A stretch of 64,000 nucleotides of DNA, from NCBI RefSeq assembly GCF_036321535.1, contig NC_087472.1, positions 100,690,001 to 100,754,000 of the forward strand, in the 5' to 3' direction. A program made the translations under genes and the position numbers. Positions 27,416 to 41,919 of the stretch are shown here, piece by piece (the stretch's first letter is position 1; each line of letters opens with the position of its first letter). Source of the stretch: Camelus dromedarius. Taxonomy: Eukaryota. The notes beneath the pieces were generated by a model. That model saw only the letters and a program-made list of their open reading frames with translations, was not told the DNA's origin and made no database searches.

Positions 27416-28979
27416 AGGACCATGACATACTCTTCAACTCATTAATAGTGAATTGTTACTAAGCTCATCTACTCAGAAGTTCTCTGCAAGTAGTTACTAT
27501 CTTTTTGAATAGTAATAGTGGACATGTTTGGAAGGTATGATGTAGCAGGTGTAGATAGAATACATTGTTTTTCATGACTCGATAACACTGAAAGATTACA
27601 GTTAAAAACTAAACGAAATTTTTTTCTAAAGTCATAATATTTGGTAATTTTAAAATGCTTTCTAAATTACTATGCACCCCAATTTTTTTTGGTGGTAGCT
27701 GATGATGTTCTATAAGAAGTTAAGTTTAGGAGTAATAATGTGTGTCTTCAGTGTGGTTCAGCAGAGGTTATTTTACTCATTTGCATTTGGTTTGAGATTT
27801 GAGAATAACAGTAACTTCATTTTATGTTTGAAATCTAGAAATGCAGAGCATCTTGGTAAATTTTATCTCAGATTATTCACTTTGTAGGCAGTAAAACCTA
27901 AATACCCTACTTGACTATCTTAATAATCATTTCTACTTGGTAGTCATCCTTAGAGATGTATCTTGGTCCAAGAAAAACCTTTCCTCTTCCTAACTCTACA
28001 CACTGAAAAATCAGGCTCCTTTGGGAAGAACAACAACAATAACAACTACAACAAACAAACAAAACCAAAAACAACCCCAGCAATTTCACTATATCATTTT
28101 AAAACTAACTTACTAAGTAGCCCCAATTGGTGAAGTATAAACAAGAACTGATTTTCTTTTCCCTAATCATTGCCTCCACTGATGCTTTGTCAACTCTCCC
28201 TTTCTCATCAGCTAACTGATAAATCAAGTCAATTCCATCAGTTCTGGTTATTAAAACTCAGTCTTGTTGTTTAAGAACAAAATTAAAATATTGTTTTTCT
28301 TCTTTTAAAAAAAAGCCCAGTCTAGCCTTTCCTTCCATACATTTGATGACCCTCACGTCTTACAAGTTCAGTGATAAATGTATGGAAAAGCACCATTTCC
28401 CAAAATCAATTCTTAATCAAATTGCTCAATATGAAATATCAGTAAACATCAAATCATAATCCTTCTGTTGGTTTTTAGCCACATAAAAAAGAGTAACATA
28501 GATTTTCTTTCTGAAGTGGGTAGCTAATGCGGGTCATGTGTGAAAACAATCAAAAGCTTTAACATTTCAAAAGCAAGTACTGTCCTTGTGGGCTGTAACT
28601 ATTAAAACTAATATTAATAATTTAATGAATGCCAGCAATGTAAGAATATTTGTGCAACATGTAATTAGAATTAATCCTTACCTTGTCGGTTTACAATTCT
28701 GTCAACATGAATCTAAAGTAATTAAATATAATAAAATCTTGAATTATAATCAAATGATACCTTTACAAGTTGTTCTAAAGAAAATACCTCAAAAATACCC
28801 CCTACACATAATCTTTTCTTTCACCCAGTACAAACTCAAAATCTGGACAGGGAAAAATCTAAAACCCATAATTAAAAATACAAAACAAAACAATTTCTGC
28901 CTCTACCACCCACATGTCACTTTGAAAATGAGCTCCAGATATTACTGGAAAAAGAAACGCACCAATTGAATCATGTTTA

Positions 28980-31900
28980 TAGTCATTTCATTTCTCAATT
29001 ATGAATTTGGATTAAAACCACCATTGTCCATACAATAAATTCAATGGATGCCAAAATGACATTTCATAAAATTCAACACCTATTTCAAATTTTTAAAAAA
29101 CTCAGAAAACTAGGAATGGAAGGATACTTCTTTAACATACCTTACCATATTTTTAAAAATTTAAATCAACAATAATGGTTTTCCCATTAAGTCTTTTAAC
29201 AAAACACTTTCACTGTTTCATTTTAACTCTGTTCTGCTATCTCCGGCAAATGCAATAAAACATGAAGCCAAAATAAGAGCAGTGACTATTGGATAGAAAA
29301 ATATAAAAATAAAGTTACCTGTGACCCATGTGATTAACTATCTACACTCCAGAAAATCAATTGAAAAACTCTCAGAATTAATAGGAGAATTAAAATAATA
29401 CAGAGGTTAATCACAGTGGTTTGAATCACAGCTTCACCACTGGTAAGATGAATAACCTCGGGAGGTTACCTTATAAACCTCAGTATTCTCATCCACAAAA
29501 CGGGGATGATAATACTAATTCCATTGGTTTGTCATGAAGAATACATGAGATGATATATTTAAAGCACTTAAAGACATGGCGCTTGGCATTTAATAAATAT
29601 CAGTAATAATAATAAATTATTATTTCATTAATGTTATTGTTCAATAGTGGCACAATACAAAATAAATAGACATAAACCAAAAGCTTTACCGAATACTACC
29701 AATAACCATTAGGGTGATAAAATGGGGAAAATATCCTATTCGCCATAGCAACAAAAAATATAAAACACACAGTTTGATGGGACATTCTGACTCATCAGAG
29801 AAGCAGAAAAAAATCAAAAACACTTGCAAACAGTCCATCCCATTCCCCACTTCCACCAGTCTCTGTTTAAACCTGTTGCTATGATAGCAGCTTTGGCTTA
29901 CTACTTGTGGAAGGAGGTTGATGTGAAAAAGCAGACTGGGGAATGGATGAGTGGAGTCTCTCCATCAGGTCCTATGAATTGGCTTTGAGCAAGTAGTAGG
30001 ACATGTAGATGAACTGCTTCCAGGTCACCTCTTACCTCTGAAACAGCCAGAATGTCTCAACACACTCCATGCCTTAGAGTTAAAACCATTAATCTGGTCC
30101 TGGTATCTGGAACTGTTAAATGACCTTCTGGTCCCTAAATATACCCTGCTTAGGGGTCACAGCACTTCTGCCAAAGAGGCCTAGGTGGAGGTTGTCTGGA
30201 ACCTTCCCACCAAGAAGGGCCATCAGAAAGCAACCTACAATAAGGTACAGAATGGTGACTCTAGTCAACAATACTCTATTGTATATTTGAAAGTTGCTAA
30301 GAGAGTACATTTTAAAAGCTCTCATCACACACACAAAAATTGTAACTGTGAATTGATGTATGTGTTAACTTACTTTATCATTTTGCAATATATATACATA
30401 TATAAAATAATTATATTATACACCTTAAAATTACATGTTATATGTCAATTATATTTTAATAAAACTGGAAAAAATTTAAAAAGTGAAATCGACCTACAGC
30501 AATAATTTGTAAATCTCTTTTTCTGATACATACAATAACTAAATCAGTATGATTCTAGGATTCTATATAACAGAGATATATACAGAATAGACAGCCCAGA
30601 AATATGCCCTATTATATATTTTTAAATTAATATATTATGAAGGAGGCACTATAAATCATGGGTGAAAAGATACATTATGAAATAAACATTGTGGGAAAAA
30701 TCGGTTAACTACTCGGAAATTTTCTCTGTAGTTGTATTTTTCAATTGTTCTCAACCACTAGGCATCAAAATTTCCTCTTTTAGTTTACTATAAAAAACTC
30801 AAAACTTATGAAATGTTAAAATTTTTCAGAGTCAAACCATAAAAAAAATCTAGAAAAGCAGGCATAGTAATCCACATTTTAAATATTTCAGGGCCATCTA
30901 AGTTTAAAAGCAGAAGGATCCCCAAAGAAAAAAATACTTAGACTTGAAAAGAAAGACATTTTGAATAATTAATAGGTGAAAATTTCCTAAACCTGACCAA
31001 AAATATCAACTTAGACATAACAGAAGCTCAGCAAACCTCACACAAGATAAATAAAAATGAAATCTCATGAAGGCACATTATGGTTACAAATGCTATTTTC
31101 CAATATCACTTAGGCTAGTTTGTTTCTTCCCCACCTCCTTTGGGTGACTGTTATTTACATGTAATATAATTAAGTTTATTTGCCACAGTACTGTAGTCTA
31201 TTTTGGAATCATATTCTCTCTCTTCCTAGTTAATTAATTTTTTTTTTAGGGATGTGAAACATTATCACAGTTCTAAAAGTTAGAAGTACAAAAAGGTATT
31301 CACAGAGAAGTTTCACTCTCCCCTCATCCCTCTTACCCAATCCCTATTCTCCCATTCTCTCTGCCCTGCTCCCACTCATTCCTCCATTCTCTGTAGATAA
31401 ATAATGCCATGACTTTCTGATTTACCCTGTAGGTTTCTCCTATATTTACTTTTGTACAAATGAGCATACACACACACACACACACACATCAGACAAAAAC
31501 TTCTTAAGCAGGATATTCAAAGCAATAATCATAAAAGAAAAAAAATTGTACTATATTAAAATCAAGAATGTCTGTTCATCAAAAAGCATCATTTAAAGAT
31601 TAAGGACTGGGGGATGGATAAAGCCAAAGGCTAGGAGAAGATATCTGCAATAAATTTATCTAATAAAGATTCATATTCTCATATTTAGAATACTTACAAA
31701 TTGGTAAGAAAAAGACAGATAATCCAATAGAAAAATGGGCAAAAGACCTGAACAGGCACTTTGCCAAATGGGATGTTCATGTGACTGTTAAGCATTCAAA
31801 CAGGTGAGCAACTTCACTGTTCACCGGGGAAATGCAAATTAGAGCAGAAATGTGATACTACTACATACCTACCAGAATGGCTAAAATGAAAAGGACTGGC

Positions 31901-33100
31901 AATTCCACATATTGACAAGGATATGGAACAAGTGGAACTCTCATACACTGTTGGCAGTATAACTTGGTACACAAATTTTGTAAAACTGCTTATCAGTATG
32001 TAGTAAAGCTAAACATATGCATGTCCTATAACCCCAAACTTCCTTTTCTGGGTTATGGTAAATCTTTATAATAATGGCCCCCAATAAATCATGCCTCCTT
32101 GTATTCATATCCTTTTACACTATAATGCTGCTACTGCTCCCTGGAAGAGATGGATCTTTCCTAACCCCTTTGAATCTGTGGCTAGCCTTGCGACTTGCTT
32201 TGACCAATAGAATATGGCAGAACTGACTTTGTGTGAGTTCCAGAGCCGAGGCCTAAAGAGGCTTTGCAGCATCTGCCTTTGCCCTCTTGGGACCCAGCTG
32301 CCATGTAAAGAAGTCCAGGATATTCTGTTAGACAGAGAGGCTACATGAGGAGAAGGGAGATGTCCAAGTTCACGGCCAACACCAAAGTCCCAGACATGTG
32401 AGTAAAACCATTTGGACCTCCCTCCTCAGCCCAGCTAGGTTGAGTGAGCCCATCTGACACCACGTGCAACAAAGACAAGCCATCCACACTGAGCTCTGTT
32501 CAAATGTCTGACCCACAGAATCACAAGCAATAAAATGGCTGTTGTTTTTAAGCACTAAATTTTGGGGTGGTTTGTTACATAGCAACAGACAACTGAAAAT
32601 GAATACATAGCAAAAGAAAAGAATACATATGTTTACTAAAAAGGACATGTACAAGAATGTGCATAGTAAAACACTTAAATTACCCAAACTGAAAACAACT
32701 CAAATGTCCATAAACAACTGAATAGATAAATTTTGATATATTCATAAAATGGAATATTATTCATCAATAAAAATGACCAAATGGATGACTCTCAGAAATA
32801 CGATGTTAAGTAAAAGAAGCAAGACTTAAAACTCTCTACTTTCATTTATATAGAGAAGTTCAAAAACAAGCAAAACTAATCTAGAAGGTACAAGTCAGGA
32901 AAGTAGTGATGGGGGTGTAGGGATTGGATAGTGACTGGAGGGGGACAAGAAGGAAGCTTCTGTAGCTCTGATAATGTTTTATTTCTTGTTCTGGGTGCAG
33001 GTTACAAGGCTATGTTTACTCTGAGAAAATGTATTAAGTCATAAACTCATTTGTGTACTTTCCTGCAATATGTGTACTTTTCTTCCAGAAAAGTTTACAT
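28980..33100 (+). mobile_element. Mosaic of old L1 fragments (ORF2, ORF1 piece, 3' UTR; opposite-strand piece ~31090-31470)
   Basis: Degenerate L1 motifs, e.g. AATCCAATAGAAAAATGGGCAAAAGACCTGAACAGGCACTT; boundaries approximate. Confidence 0.6.
32050..32605 (+). mobile_element. MaLR LTR (MLT1D-like) inside L1
   Basis: ATAATGGCCCCCAA..GACTTGCTTTGACCAATAGAAT..TTTAAGCACTAAATTTTGGGGTGGTTTGTTACATAGCAACAGACAAC. Confidence 0.75.
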
Positions 33101-33826
33101 AAGAAGAGTAAACCACTGTCCCTGCCTTTGATAAAATTTTAACAATATTCTTAAATCACTTGCAGAGTTTTTTTAAATGCAGATTTTTAAAAATACAGAG
33201 CCTGAGTAAATATCTTTGGGCTGGAACCCAGCCATCTGTGGCTATGACTCTCCATAAGAGATTCTGATGCATAGCCCAGATTAAAATATTAACTCATTAG
33301 CAGAAAGAGTGCTGTTTCATTTCATCATTATTATACTTCCTCTTAGAAATATTTTTGCCAAGGAACATGAAGCACAAACAACTGTCTTCAAATTGTAATT
33401 ATCTAAAAGAAAAAAAATGGCAAAATACACACTTTCATCTACTCCCCACTCCTCAGGTTTGGCTATTCCACCATTCAGAAAGCTTCTACAGATCATTAAA
33501 TGCTTTCATTAGTTTCATACATATGTACTTAGCTCAGAGTATACCATTAAAATACCATTCTTTTGCCACTTTGATTAGTCACTAGATTAAAAGATGCTCT
33601 TAGATGCCATAAACATTTTTAACTAGGGCAAAAAAATGGTTGGCCCAAATTGAAGAAAAATGAATTTTTAAGTCAAGTGTCTACCTTGAGAATAACAATA
33701 GGCAAATCTTAATTTGCAGGAGAAATACATGACTTATGAATAACTATAAATTTATAATAAATTTGAACCACACCTATATTACCTATATCTGAAATGATTT
33801 CTTTAGTCATTTCAGAATGACTAAAT

Positions 33827-33828
33827 GA

Positions 33829-33861
<33 letters not shown>

Positions 33862-33882
33862 TGACAGACTGACAGATAGACA
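33827..33882. repeat. Compound (GATA)n(GACA)n tetranucleotide repeat
   Basis: Read directly. Confidence 0.9.
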
Positions 33883-34329
33883 CTTAGCTAGCTATGCAGA
33901 AAAGAGAGACATGATAGGGCCAACTGTGTTTAATTTGCCATTTCCCCCAGATCTGTTTCATGAAATACTCAAGATATTTTGATCTCTCAGCACAAAAGTT
34001 CTATGGATAAAAATAAGATCCTCTTTACTAAGCTACTGTCGTACATCAGTAGATCGTGGTTCAGAGAAAGTATTCAACAAATTAATGCAGAATGAAATCT
34101 AATTCAGTTTTATAAAAATGAAAATATTAAATGGTCAATTTAGCTGATACCAATCAGAGAGGGAAAAAGCCAGTTGAATTGATTTACCAGTTGTTTGGTA
34201 TTACATAGACAAGACAGATGGGCATCTTTTTAATTTCTTACTGTTCTCCCATCTTCAAAGTTAACATTCCTTGACAAGACAATTCAATATTTAATGATTG
34301 TTTTTCAAAAGACAAAACTTTTTACTTAC

Positions 34330-34390
34330 CTGGATCTTTCTCGTGTACATGTGCATAGTTTTCCAACATGAAGGAGAAGAAGTTGGATAG
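34330..34390 (-). CDS. PPEF1: PPEF1 coding exon 3 (LSNFFSFMLENYAHVHEKDP+1 nt)
   Basis: 61 nt; acceptor ttttgtccag|CTA, donor CAG|GTAAGT; phases 0 and 1 fit the neighbouring exons. Confidence 0.93.
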
Positions 34391-34440
34391 CTGGACAAAA
34401 TAAAAATACATTTATCAGTTAATGAACCCCAAACAGCTAC

Positions 34441-34921
34441 TGTGGCAAATGCTGTTGGTGTTCCATGCAAAGTTCCCTTTACTCTTCTGAGGCTCTCATC
34501 TCCCAGCTGCCATAGATGCTAATGGGTCCCGCCTCTACCTGCCCCCCTGCTCCCCAGGATTGCCTTTGGCAGATGGGCAGCACCTTCCTCAGAGTTGCTT
34601 AGGATATCAGATGTTCCCCCTCCTGGGGAGCTGTCCATAGAAAATGAGTAACTAAAGCAAGGGTATCAGAGCCCAGACCCCCACCTCCATTGCCACCGGG
34701 TGGGACAAACTGTGACGCATTTCACAGTTCAGAGCTCCCAGTGGGATCAGGCTGAGGTTAGACTTCTCCAAAAGCCCTATTTTTGCCTAGTTTCTTCCCC
34801 TGTACTATCCTGCTTTCCTCGCTCCCTTATATGTAGGTTTTTCCTGAGAACACTCTCTCAGGAAGTCACTTGTACCAGAATCCCTGTCTCAGACTCTGCT
34901 TCTAGAAAACAACCTAAGACA
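34441..34921 (+). mobile_element. ERVL solo LTR (LTR16-like)
   Basis: TGTGGC start and GAATCCCTGTCTCAGACTCTGCTTCTAGAAAACAACCTAAGACA end, typical of LTR16. Confidence 0.75.
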
Positions 34922-35299
34922 GCTACTAGATTTTGTTCACTATGATCTCTTCTATTCCTTTTGGTTGGTGAGATTACGAGTTAAGGGATATTCTTAGATG
35001 TCAAATATATTTGGGAAATGAAGGAAGGAAGGGAAGGAGGGAGGGAAAGATGGAAATTCACCAGCATTCCAACCATCACCTAGATATTGCCTCTATGCCT
35101 ACCAATCATCTGCAAAGACCTGCATGTATACAGTAGAAAGAATTCTTTCTCCAAGCCCTGCCTCCCATGAAGAGTGAACATTAAGGAATCTTACCAATCT
35201 GGGAGTAGATCTGGGAGTTAAGAAAAGGAAAACTTTTCATACAACTATCAAAATGTATAATTTTAATGCAGTTGATGGGTTTGTCAATTAAGAGTCAAC

Positions 35300-36040
35300 A
35301 GAAATTACAATGAGATACTACTTCACACACGCTAGGATGACTATCATCAAAAAGACAAATAAGAAGTGTTGGCAAAGATGTGGCAAAACTGTAGTCCTCA
35401 TACACTGCTGGTGGGAATATAAATGGTATAGATGCTTTGGAAAACAGTTTAGCAATTACTCAAAAAGTTAAACCTAGAGTTACCAGATGACCCAGCAATT
35501 CCATTCCTAGGTATATACCCAAGGAAACTGAAAACATACACTCACAGGAAAACATACAAACATTCATAGCAGCATTATTCATAATAGCCAAAAAAAATTA
35601 GAAACCACCCAAATGATCTACCACTGAGGAATAGATAAACAAAATGTGCTATTACCTATACAATGGAATAATATTCAGCACTAAAGAGGAATGAAGTATT
35701 GACACATGCTACAACATGGATGAAACTTGCAGACACGATGCTAAGTGAAATCAGTCAGTTACAAAGGATCACACAGTGTGTGATTCCATTTATACAAAAT
35801 GGCCAGAAAAGGCAAATCCTTAAAGATAGAAAATAGATTAGTAGTTGCCAGAGGACAGACAAGGGGTGGGAATGTGGAGTGACTGCTAATGACTATAGAG
35901 GTTTTTTTTGGGAGGGGAGGTGATGAAAATGTTCAAAAATATATTGTGGTGATGACTGCACATTTTTGGAATATACCAAAGACCACTGAATTTTTCACTT
36001 TAAATGAGTGAATTGTATCTCAATAAATTTGTTATAAAAA
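35300..36040 (+). mobile_element. L1MB-like 3' end
   Basis: ACAATGAGATACTACTTCACAC..GACCCAGCAATTCCATTCCTAGG..CTCAATAAA. Confidence 0.85.
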
Positions 36041-37024
36041 AGACTTTGGCATTAAAGAACGTACTAATACCAGAATGTTTGTATATAAAGTATATCAATT
36101 CAAGAGCTCACTCCACCTTTATCTCCATCACTATATTCTATAGTGCTTAAAAGGACAGTCAACACTGTGAACTATGGGAATAACTGACTGAATCACAGGA
36201 TATAATTTTTTATAACTACCAAGAATAAATCCAGCAATTTCTTTAATTTTTTTTTAAATTTTCTTATTTCTGAAGATTATATGATAAATAAATTTATAGA
36301 TAAACACATAATTGTTGAAAACTACAAATGATATGGAATGAAAATGAGAAGGCCCTTGCCACCCAATTCTACCCACCAGTACCACTCTTGTCCCCAGAAA
36401 AAACCATGGTAAATATTTCACTGTATACTTTTTCCCAGACTTTTGCTGTATGTTTCATTTTCTTTCACATATATGGGATGAAAACTCTTCATATTATTCC
36501 ACAAGTTGATTTTTTCACTAACAATTATATTGTAGATCTTTCCAAGATCTTTTTTATTATTAAAAGTACTTTTTTTCTATTAATAAGCATTGAAGCTAGA
36601 TTTACATATCACTTGAAAAAGTCCGTCTTCACCCATCTATATTTTCTTCTAGAATTTTCATGTTTTTTCCCAGGAAATTCTTCCATTTATTTAACTCCTT
36701 AAAGTATCTTTTTCCTTCATAAAGTAACAACTTTACTTCCTATTAGGGTACATACCAAAAAATAGAACAAGACCATTTTTATTAGTTAACTAGACATCTG
36801 GCAGCCCTTTTAAAAATATGAACTTCAGAATTGAAAAACACCATCCTCTTTCCGCATCATACTCTCTTTTAATAGCTAGTTCCAAAACAATGTCACTACA
36901 TCCTCTATAAAAGTTTTTCACCAAGGTAAACTCAGCTTAAAATGGACCCAAACTTTCATTTTTTCAATAACAAGGGGCAAAGAGAAGCATTTACCCAAAG
37001 AAGAGACAAGTTTGCAAAACAGAC

Positions 37025-37152
37025 CTGCAATTGGCCTTGTTCATCAGCATATTCGATAGACTGGAAGATGGTGAGAGCATAACGCTGTCTGGTCTTCAAC
37101 CTAGCACTGTAACCTCGGTACCAGTTCTGGATGACCAATGCGGCTTTAAGTG
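37025..37152 (-). CDS. PPEF1: PPEF1 coding exon 2 (IQ motif: ALKAALVIQNWYRGYSARLKTRQRYALTIFQSIEYADEQGQLQ)
   Basis: 128 nt; acceptor ctgcag|CA, donor CAG|GTCTGT; inside ORF 36956..37180. Confidence 0.95.
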
Positions 37153-38939
37153 CTGCAGATTCGCAGGATATGAAAGGCAAAGAAAAACAGTTACAATGCA
37201 GCTACGGGGAGGGGAAGGTAGGTGTTTCAGAAAAAAATCAGTCCACTTGGGTTCCCACGTTCTAAGAACATAAAAAGTACAATGAGATTAACCTTTATGT
37301 TTTTGTAAAATGTCCTCAAGTCTCAAATACGCAGAGAATAATGACATAGCCATTAAGAGCAGAATTTCTGGAGCCTGAATTTGAATCCTAACCCTGCCAA
37401 TTACTGTCTATGTAATTCTGGGAAAGTTATTAAAACTCTCAAAGCCTCAGTTTCCTCGACTGTAAAATGGGGATAATAATAGTACTCTGGCACTACTTAG
37501 GCATATGAAGTAGCAATTCCATTCTTCACTATATACCCCAAAGCAATTCTCACACAGTCCATAAACGATACATACGGGGATACAATGCTCCTTTGCGGCA
37601 GTGGGGAGTTTGACACCAACACAGCCTAACTGCGGTGGGTGCACATCGTGGAGTATTATGCCACAACTGGAAGCCATAGATAGCAATGAGGATGGCTCTT
37701 AAAAACATCGTGCCTCAGTTAGAACAGTTATTAAAAAGTTAGAGACAGAATGTAATACAACATGATACCATTTTATATAAATTTAAAACATACACACAAA
37801 ACCATAATATATGTTTCATAAGAATATATAGTAAGGGAAAGAAACTAAAAACAATAGATTGGTTATTTATGGGGGGAATGAATGAATGAGCATAGAGGAT
37901 ATGGATAAAAGGGAATAACTAATAAAATTTTTTTCAAATATTTACTATCTGCAGTTGGTTGAATACATGGATGTGGAACCCATGAATATAAAGAGCCAAC
38001 TGCACCTTAGAGGGAGCCTTTCAGTTACACCGTAACAACATGATACCTAGGTGATAGCTGTTTATATTCAATGTTCTCTGTTCAAATCACTCTGTGGTTT
38101 TGGCCTCCTGACTAGACCCTGCCTGATGAGCTGTACCATCCAGGTGGGGAAAGTAGGTTCAGCTTAAGCCTCAAGCCTCCAACTTCCTGGGTGCTCCAGC
38201 TCGGGTCCTTATTCGATTTCCACATTGAGATTTTGAATCTTTGGGCAGTGGCTGATCAAATGGACTTTGACCCACATCCTGCTATTTATTGCTCCTTGGG
38301 CACAGAGTTCACACAGCACCCTCTCCAGCAGGGAGAAGGAAACAGGCAGCGCAGGGCTGGGCATACCAACCACAGACCTCTAAAACCTCAACTGATTTCT
38401 AAGAACCCATTCACCCACAGCAGGGCCACTCTAGCCAGCTGAGGATCCTCCTCTGAAGCAGAAACCTGCAAAATGGCAAAGGGTAGAGCCCAGATATGAC
38501 AGACCCTACCCGAGGTGGGTCACTGGCTCCATGACCCCCAACTCTGCCCGTCAAGTTGATGATCTGGGTCATCCAGCTCTAAACTCGTTGGACAGCTTAG
38601 ACCCACTTCTAGCCCTGCTGTTTCATCAGGGCTTGTCTTCCCTGTCACATTAATTCCATCCAGAAAACAAAACAAACAAAAAAAACCAAGTATTGCCATG
38701 TGTGTCCCAAGGGCCTTCTATTTTTGTTTCTAGAAGCAAGCAACAGCACAGGTTTAGTAAGTTACCTGGCCGGTTTTCTGTGATCAGCACAGGTGGTTTC
38801 TCTATTGCCAAGCCAGTTTTTTTGTTGCTGTTGTCCTTGTTTTTTAATGGAGTCCTTTTCTCTGGTGGCAACCATTATCATGGCATTTTGCAAGAAATTA
38901 AATGTCCATGTGAAAGGTCAATGAGCAAAACAAATAATA

Positions 38940-39190
38940 AATTCAGAGCATTTGCTTTGTGCCAGGCACTGTGCTTGGTGCTTTATGTGGATGATTTGAT
39001 TTGATCTGATTTGACCCTCTCAACGATCCTATGAAGTGTCATTATCCTTGTTTTACAGATAAGGAAAGTGAGGCTCAGAAATAATTGTTTGGGGTCACAT
39101 TGCATGTGAGTGGGAGAATGTAGAGTCAAGTCCAGATTTCTGTAATTCCAGAAACTGGACTCATAACCCCTAAGTTATACAACCCAGCAT
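38940..39190 (-). mobile_element. MIR SINE
   Basis: TTTTACAGATAAGGAAAGTGAGGCTCAGA core. Confidence 0.7.
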
Positions 39191-39839
39191 GCCATTTGGA
39201 ATCAGTCATAAAAAATGAGATAATAATGTAGAACAGTATCTCCCCCAACCCCTTCCCCACCTCATGTCCCCTATACTTTTTACCTGTTTTATTGTTCTCC
39301 ATAGTACTTTTTACTGACGTTCTATACAGTCACATGTTTATGTGTTTACTGTCTACCTTCCCCTATTAGCTAAGCTACACAAGAACAGGGACTTTTATTT
39401 TATTCACTGCTGTATTCCCAGTACCTGGGGTAAGGCCTGGCAATAGATATTTCTTGAATGACTGAAAGAATGAATGAATCACTTCTAGGGCCATTGTCAT
39501 AATACATAATAATATGCTAGTAATGAGTTTATATACATATTAGTAATATATTAATTAACTGATTTAGTGATTAAAATAAAATGCTTAGCACATTGCCCAA
39601 CATACAGGAAGCACTCAATTAATAGTAGATACTTTTTTTAAAAAGTAAAGAGGGAGTAAAAGGTGATAATTATCTCTATTCCAGCTAACAACTTCTAGTA
39701 CCCCCAAAGACTTCCTAATTATACATAACATTTTATTAAAAATTTAACAAACTACCATTGAACAAACAGGTTACCATCTCAGGAGCAGAAGAGCCGTGCC
39801 AACCGGGACCCATGGGGCTTGCTCCCTTAGAGTCCACAG

Positions 39840-40135
39840 ACCCGGCTCAAACATCACCTTCACAGTGAGGCCTTTACTGACCACCCCTTTTAAAATGGCA
39901 CCCGTCCCCCCATTGCCTATCTCCTTCTTTATTTTCTCTCCAAGCACTTATCACCATCTGATATAGCATCTGTTTTACTCATTTGTTACTGTCTGTCTCC
40001 TTTCACTAGAATGTAATCTCCATAAAGACTGGGATTTTGGTCCACTGGGTTAGCTACTATATCCTCTGAGTCTGGAAGAGTCCCTGGAATGTAGTAGATG
40101 CTCAGTAAATACTTGCTGAATGAATGAATGAATGA
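39840..40135 (+). mobile_element. L2 LINE 3' end
   Basis: CTAGAATGTAATCTCCATAAAGACTGGGA..CTCAGTAAATACTTGCTGAATGAATGAATGAATGA. Confidence 0.75.
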
Positions 40136-41820
40136 AATTATTGTTTAGTTAAAATTTTGTGTCTTGTGTTTCTCTTCATTATAACTGCTGAGTCTTTGGT
40201 TTGATTCTTCAAATAGGAGTTTATTTGACAGTCCTCTAAATAAGAAGTTTCATATTCAGAATGATAAGGCACTTAAAGACTCTGCTTTTGAAATTCTGCT
40301 AGCAGAGGCCTCTTGAGGAGACAACAGGATGAGTGAATATTTAATGTAACTTTAAGGGGCCAGATACCCAGTCAGGAAGAGAGGCACAAGTGTGACAGAA
40401 CTGATTAAAATGAATTCAAATGAACCATCTAGTGGCAAAAAGCTTTCAACAAGGAGGAAAAGCATCTATTACCTCAGCTGTTCAAAGCATGATGAGAACT
40501 GGGTATGGCTCAACTCTGGGACCACAGTTTTCATTGTTCTTACTTTTGTTTACAGATATCTGCCATCTGCTAGAGGTAGCTGTCCCAGTGAGACTTCCAA
40601 TTTCACTGGAAAAACAGCTCAAAAGCACATGCCCAGTGGAAATGAAATGGTCACAAAACCTGCTTCTTGGACAGCAAGCAAGGCAGGGACCCTCCGAGGC
40701 TCACTCATCCACAAACTCTGGCATCCATGCAGAGCAAGGGCACAACACAGCATCCTTGTCCCTGGAAAGCACTTCTCTTAAACAAAAAGAAAACGAAAAT
40801 AAAGCATGGGCCCAGTCTCCAAGCAATGACAGACATTTTAAACAAAACTATCACTTTCCCAAATGACAAAAGAGATCATAGTGTTATCATTCTTGTAAAT
40901 CTTTGGCCTTCCAGTCAGAGAAGGGCAAGAATTAGAGGTCACTTCTTTGACTTTTTCTTTACGCACATGCTCGCTCACCCACCAACCCATCCACATGGAA
41001 TAATAAGGATAAGTTCTGAATTTGTAATCTGGAGATTTCCATTTTGGTCCTTACTCAGCCAGGTGCCAACTGTGTAACCTCAGGCAAATTGCTTAACCTC
41101 TCTGGTCCTCAGTTTCTTATGTGAACAATGAGAATGTGGGATTATGTGATTTCTAAGATCATTTCTGATTATAAAATACTCTAATTCATCCCTCTATTTT
41201 TTTAAATGCCCCAGCTGTAGCCTACCTATAGCAAAGCTGGAAATAACCATTAAAGGACAAAGTAGGATGTGTAAATGTGAACACTCAAATCAAAAGCTTC
41301 TGGACAAAAAAGACAAATTCTAAAGGCTACTCAAAAGAAAAAAATCTGAATTATCCTTGTAAAAAAAAAAAGTCCAAGTCAATTCATTAACATCCTTGGC
41401 TTTCCCATCAAGGAACTGTAGCCAAAATTTGCTAGCAGTAAGTCTAGGAACAAACATTTCACCTACTACTTCTCCTTTAAACGGCCTAAAGTATGATTAC
41501 AGCATATGATATGTTAACTGGTTCAAGTGACCAGTCAATAGAAGATGGGGAGAAATGGATGGGGAAGAAGGTGTAGACAAGAGAGGGCTGGGAGACAGAG
41601 ACAGTAGGAAGGGTTTAAAGCCCAGAGGTTTCAATGAAGATGGAGAGATCAAAGAATGGGATAACAATCATGAAGATTACAGAGGTGGAGCTGATCCAGA
41701 CGGCCACAGGGGCCAGGAAATGGGAGTGAGCAGCTGAAGCAGAGCGGAGGAGGAGCTGCTGGAGTTTAGGAGGTCAGGAACTGAGACACCAAAGTGTTTG
41801 GGGTTATTCACGTATATAAT

Positions 41821-41919
41821 ATATTTTTAAATTAATTTTTTATTTTATTTTTTAGTGGAGGTACAGGGGATTGAACCCAGGACCTTGTGCTTGCTAAGCA
41901 CACCTCTACCGCTAAGCCC
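41821..41919 (-). mobile_element. Short tRNA-derived SINE (Vic-1-like)
   Basis: Reverse complement reads GCTTAGCGGTAGAGGTGTGCTTAGCAAGCACAAGGTCCTGGGTTCAATCCCCTGTACCTCC plus an A tail; TSD CACGTATATAAT/CATGTATACAAT. Confidence 0.8.

Noticed and set aside
39775..39813. Alternative first exon ATG GGT CCC..GAG ATG|GTAACC (MGPGWHGSSAPEM) on minus
   Set aside because: Phase 0 is incompatible with phase-1 exon 2, the donor is weak and there is no PPEF similarity.
40392..41077. Three overlapping plus-strand ORFs of 129-148 aa
   Set aside because: No recognisable domain, no clear splice structure, antisense within an intron; consistent with chance.
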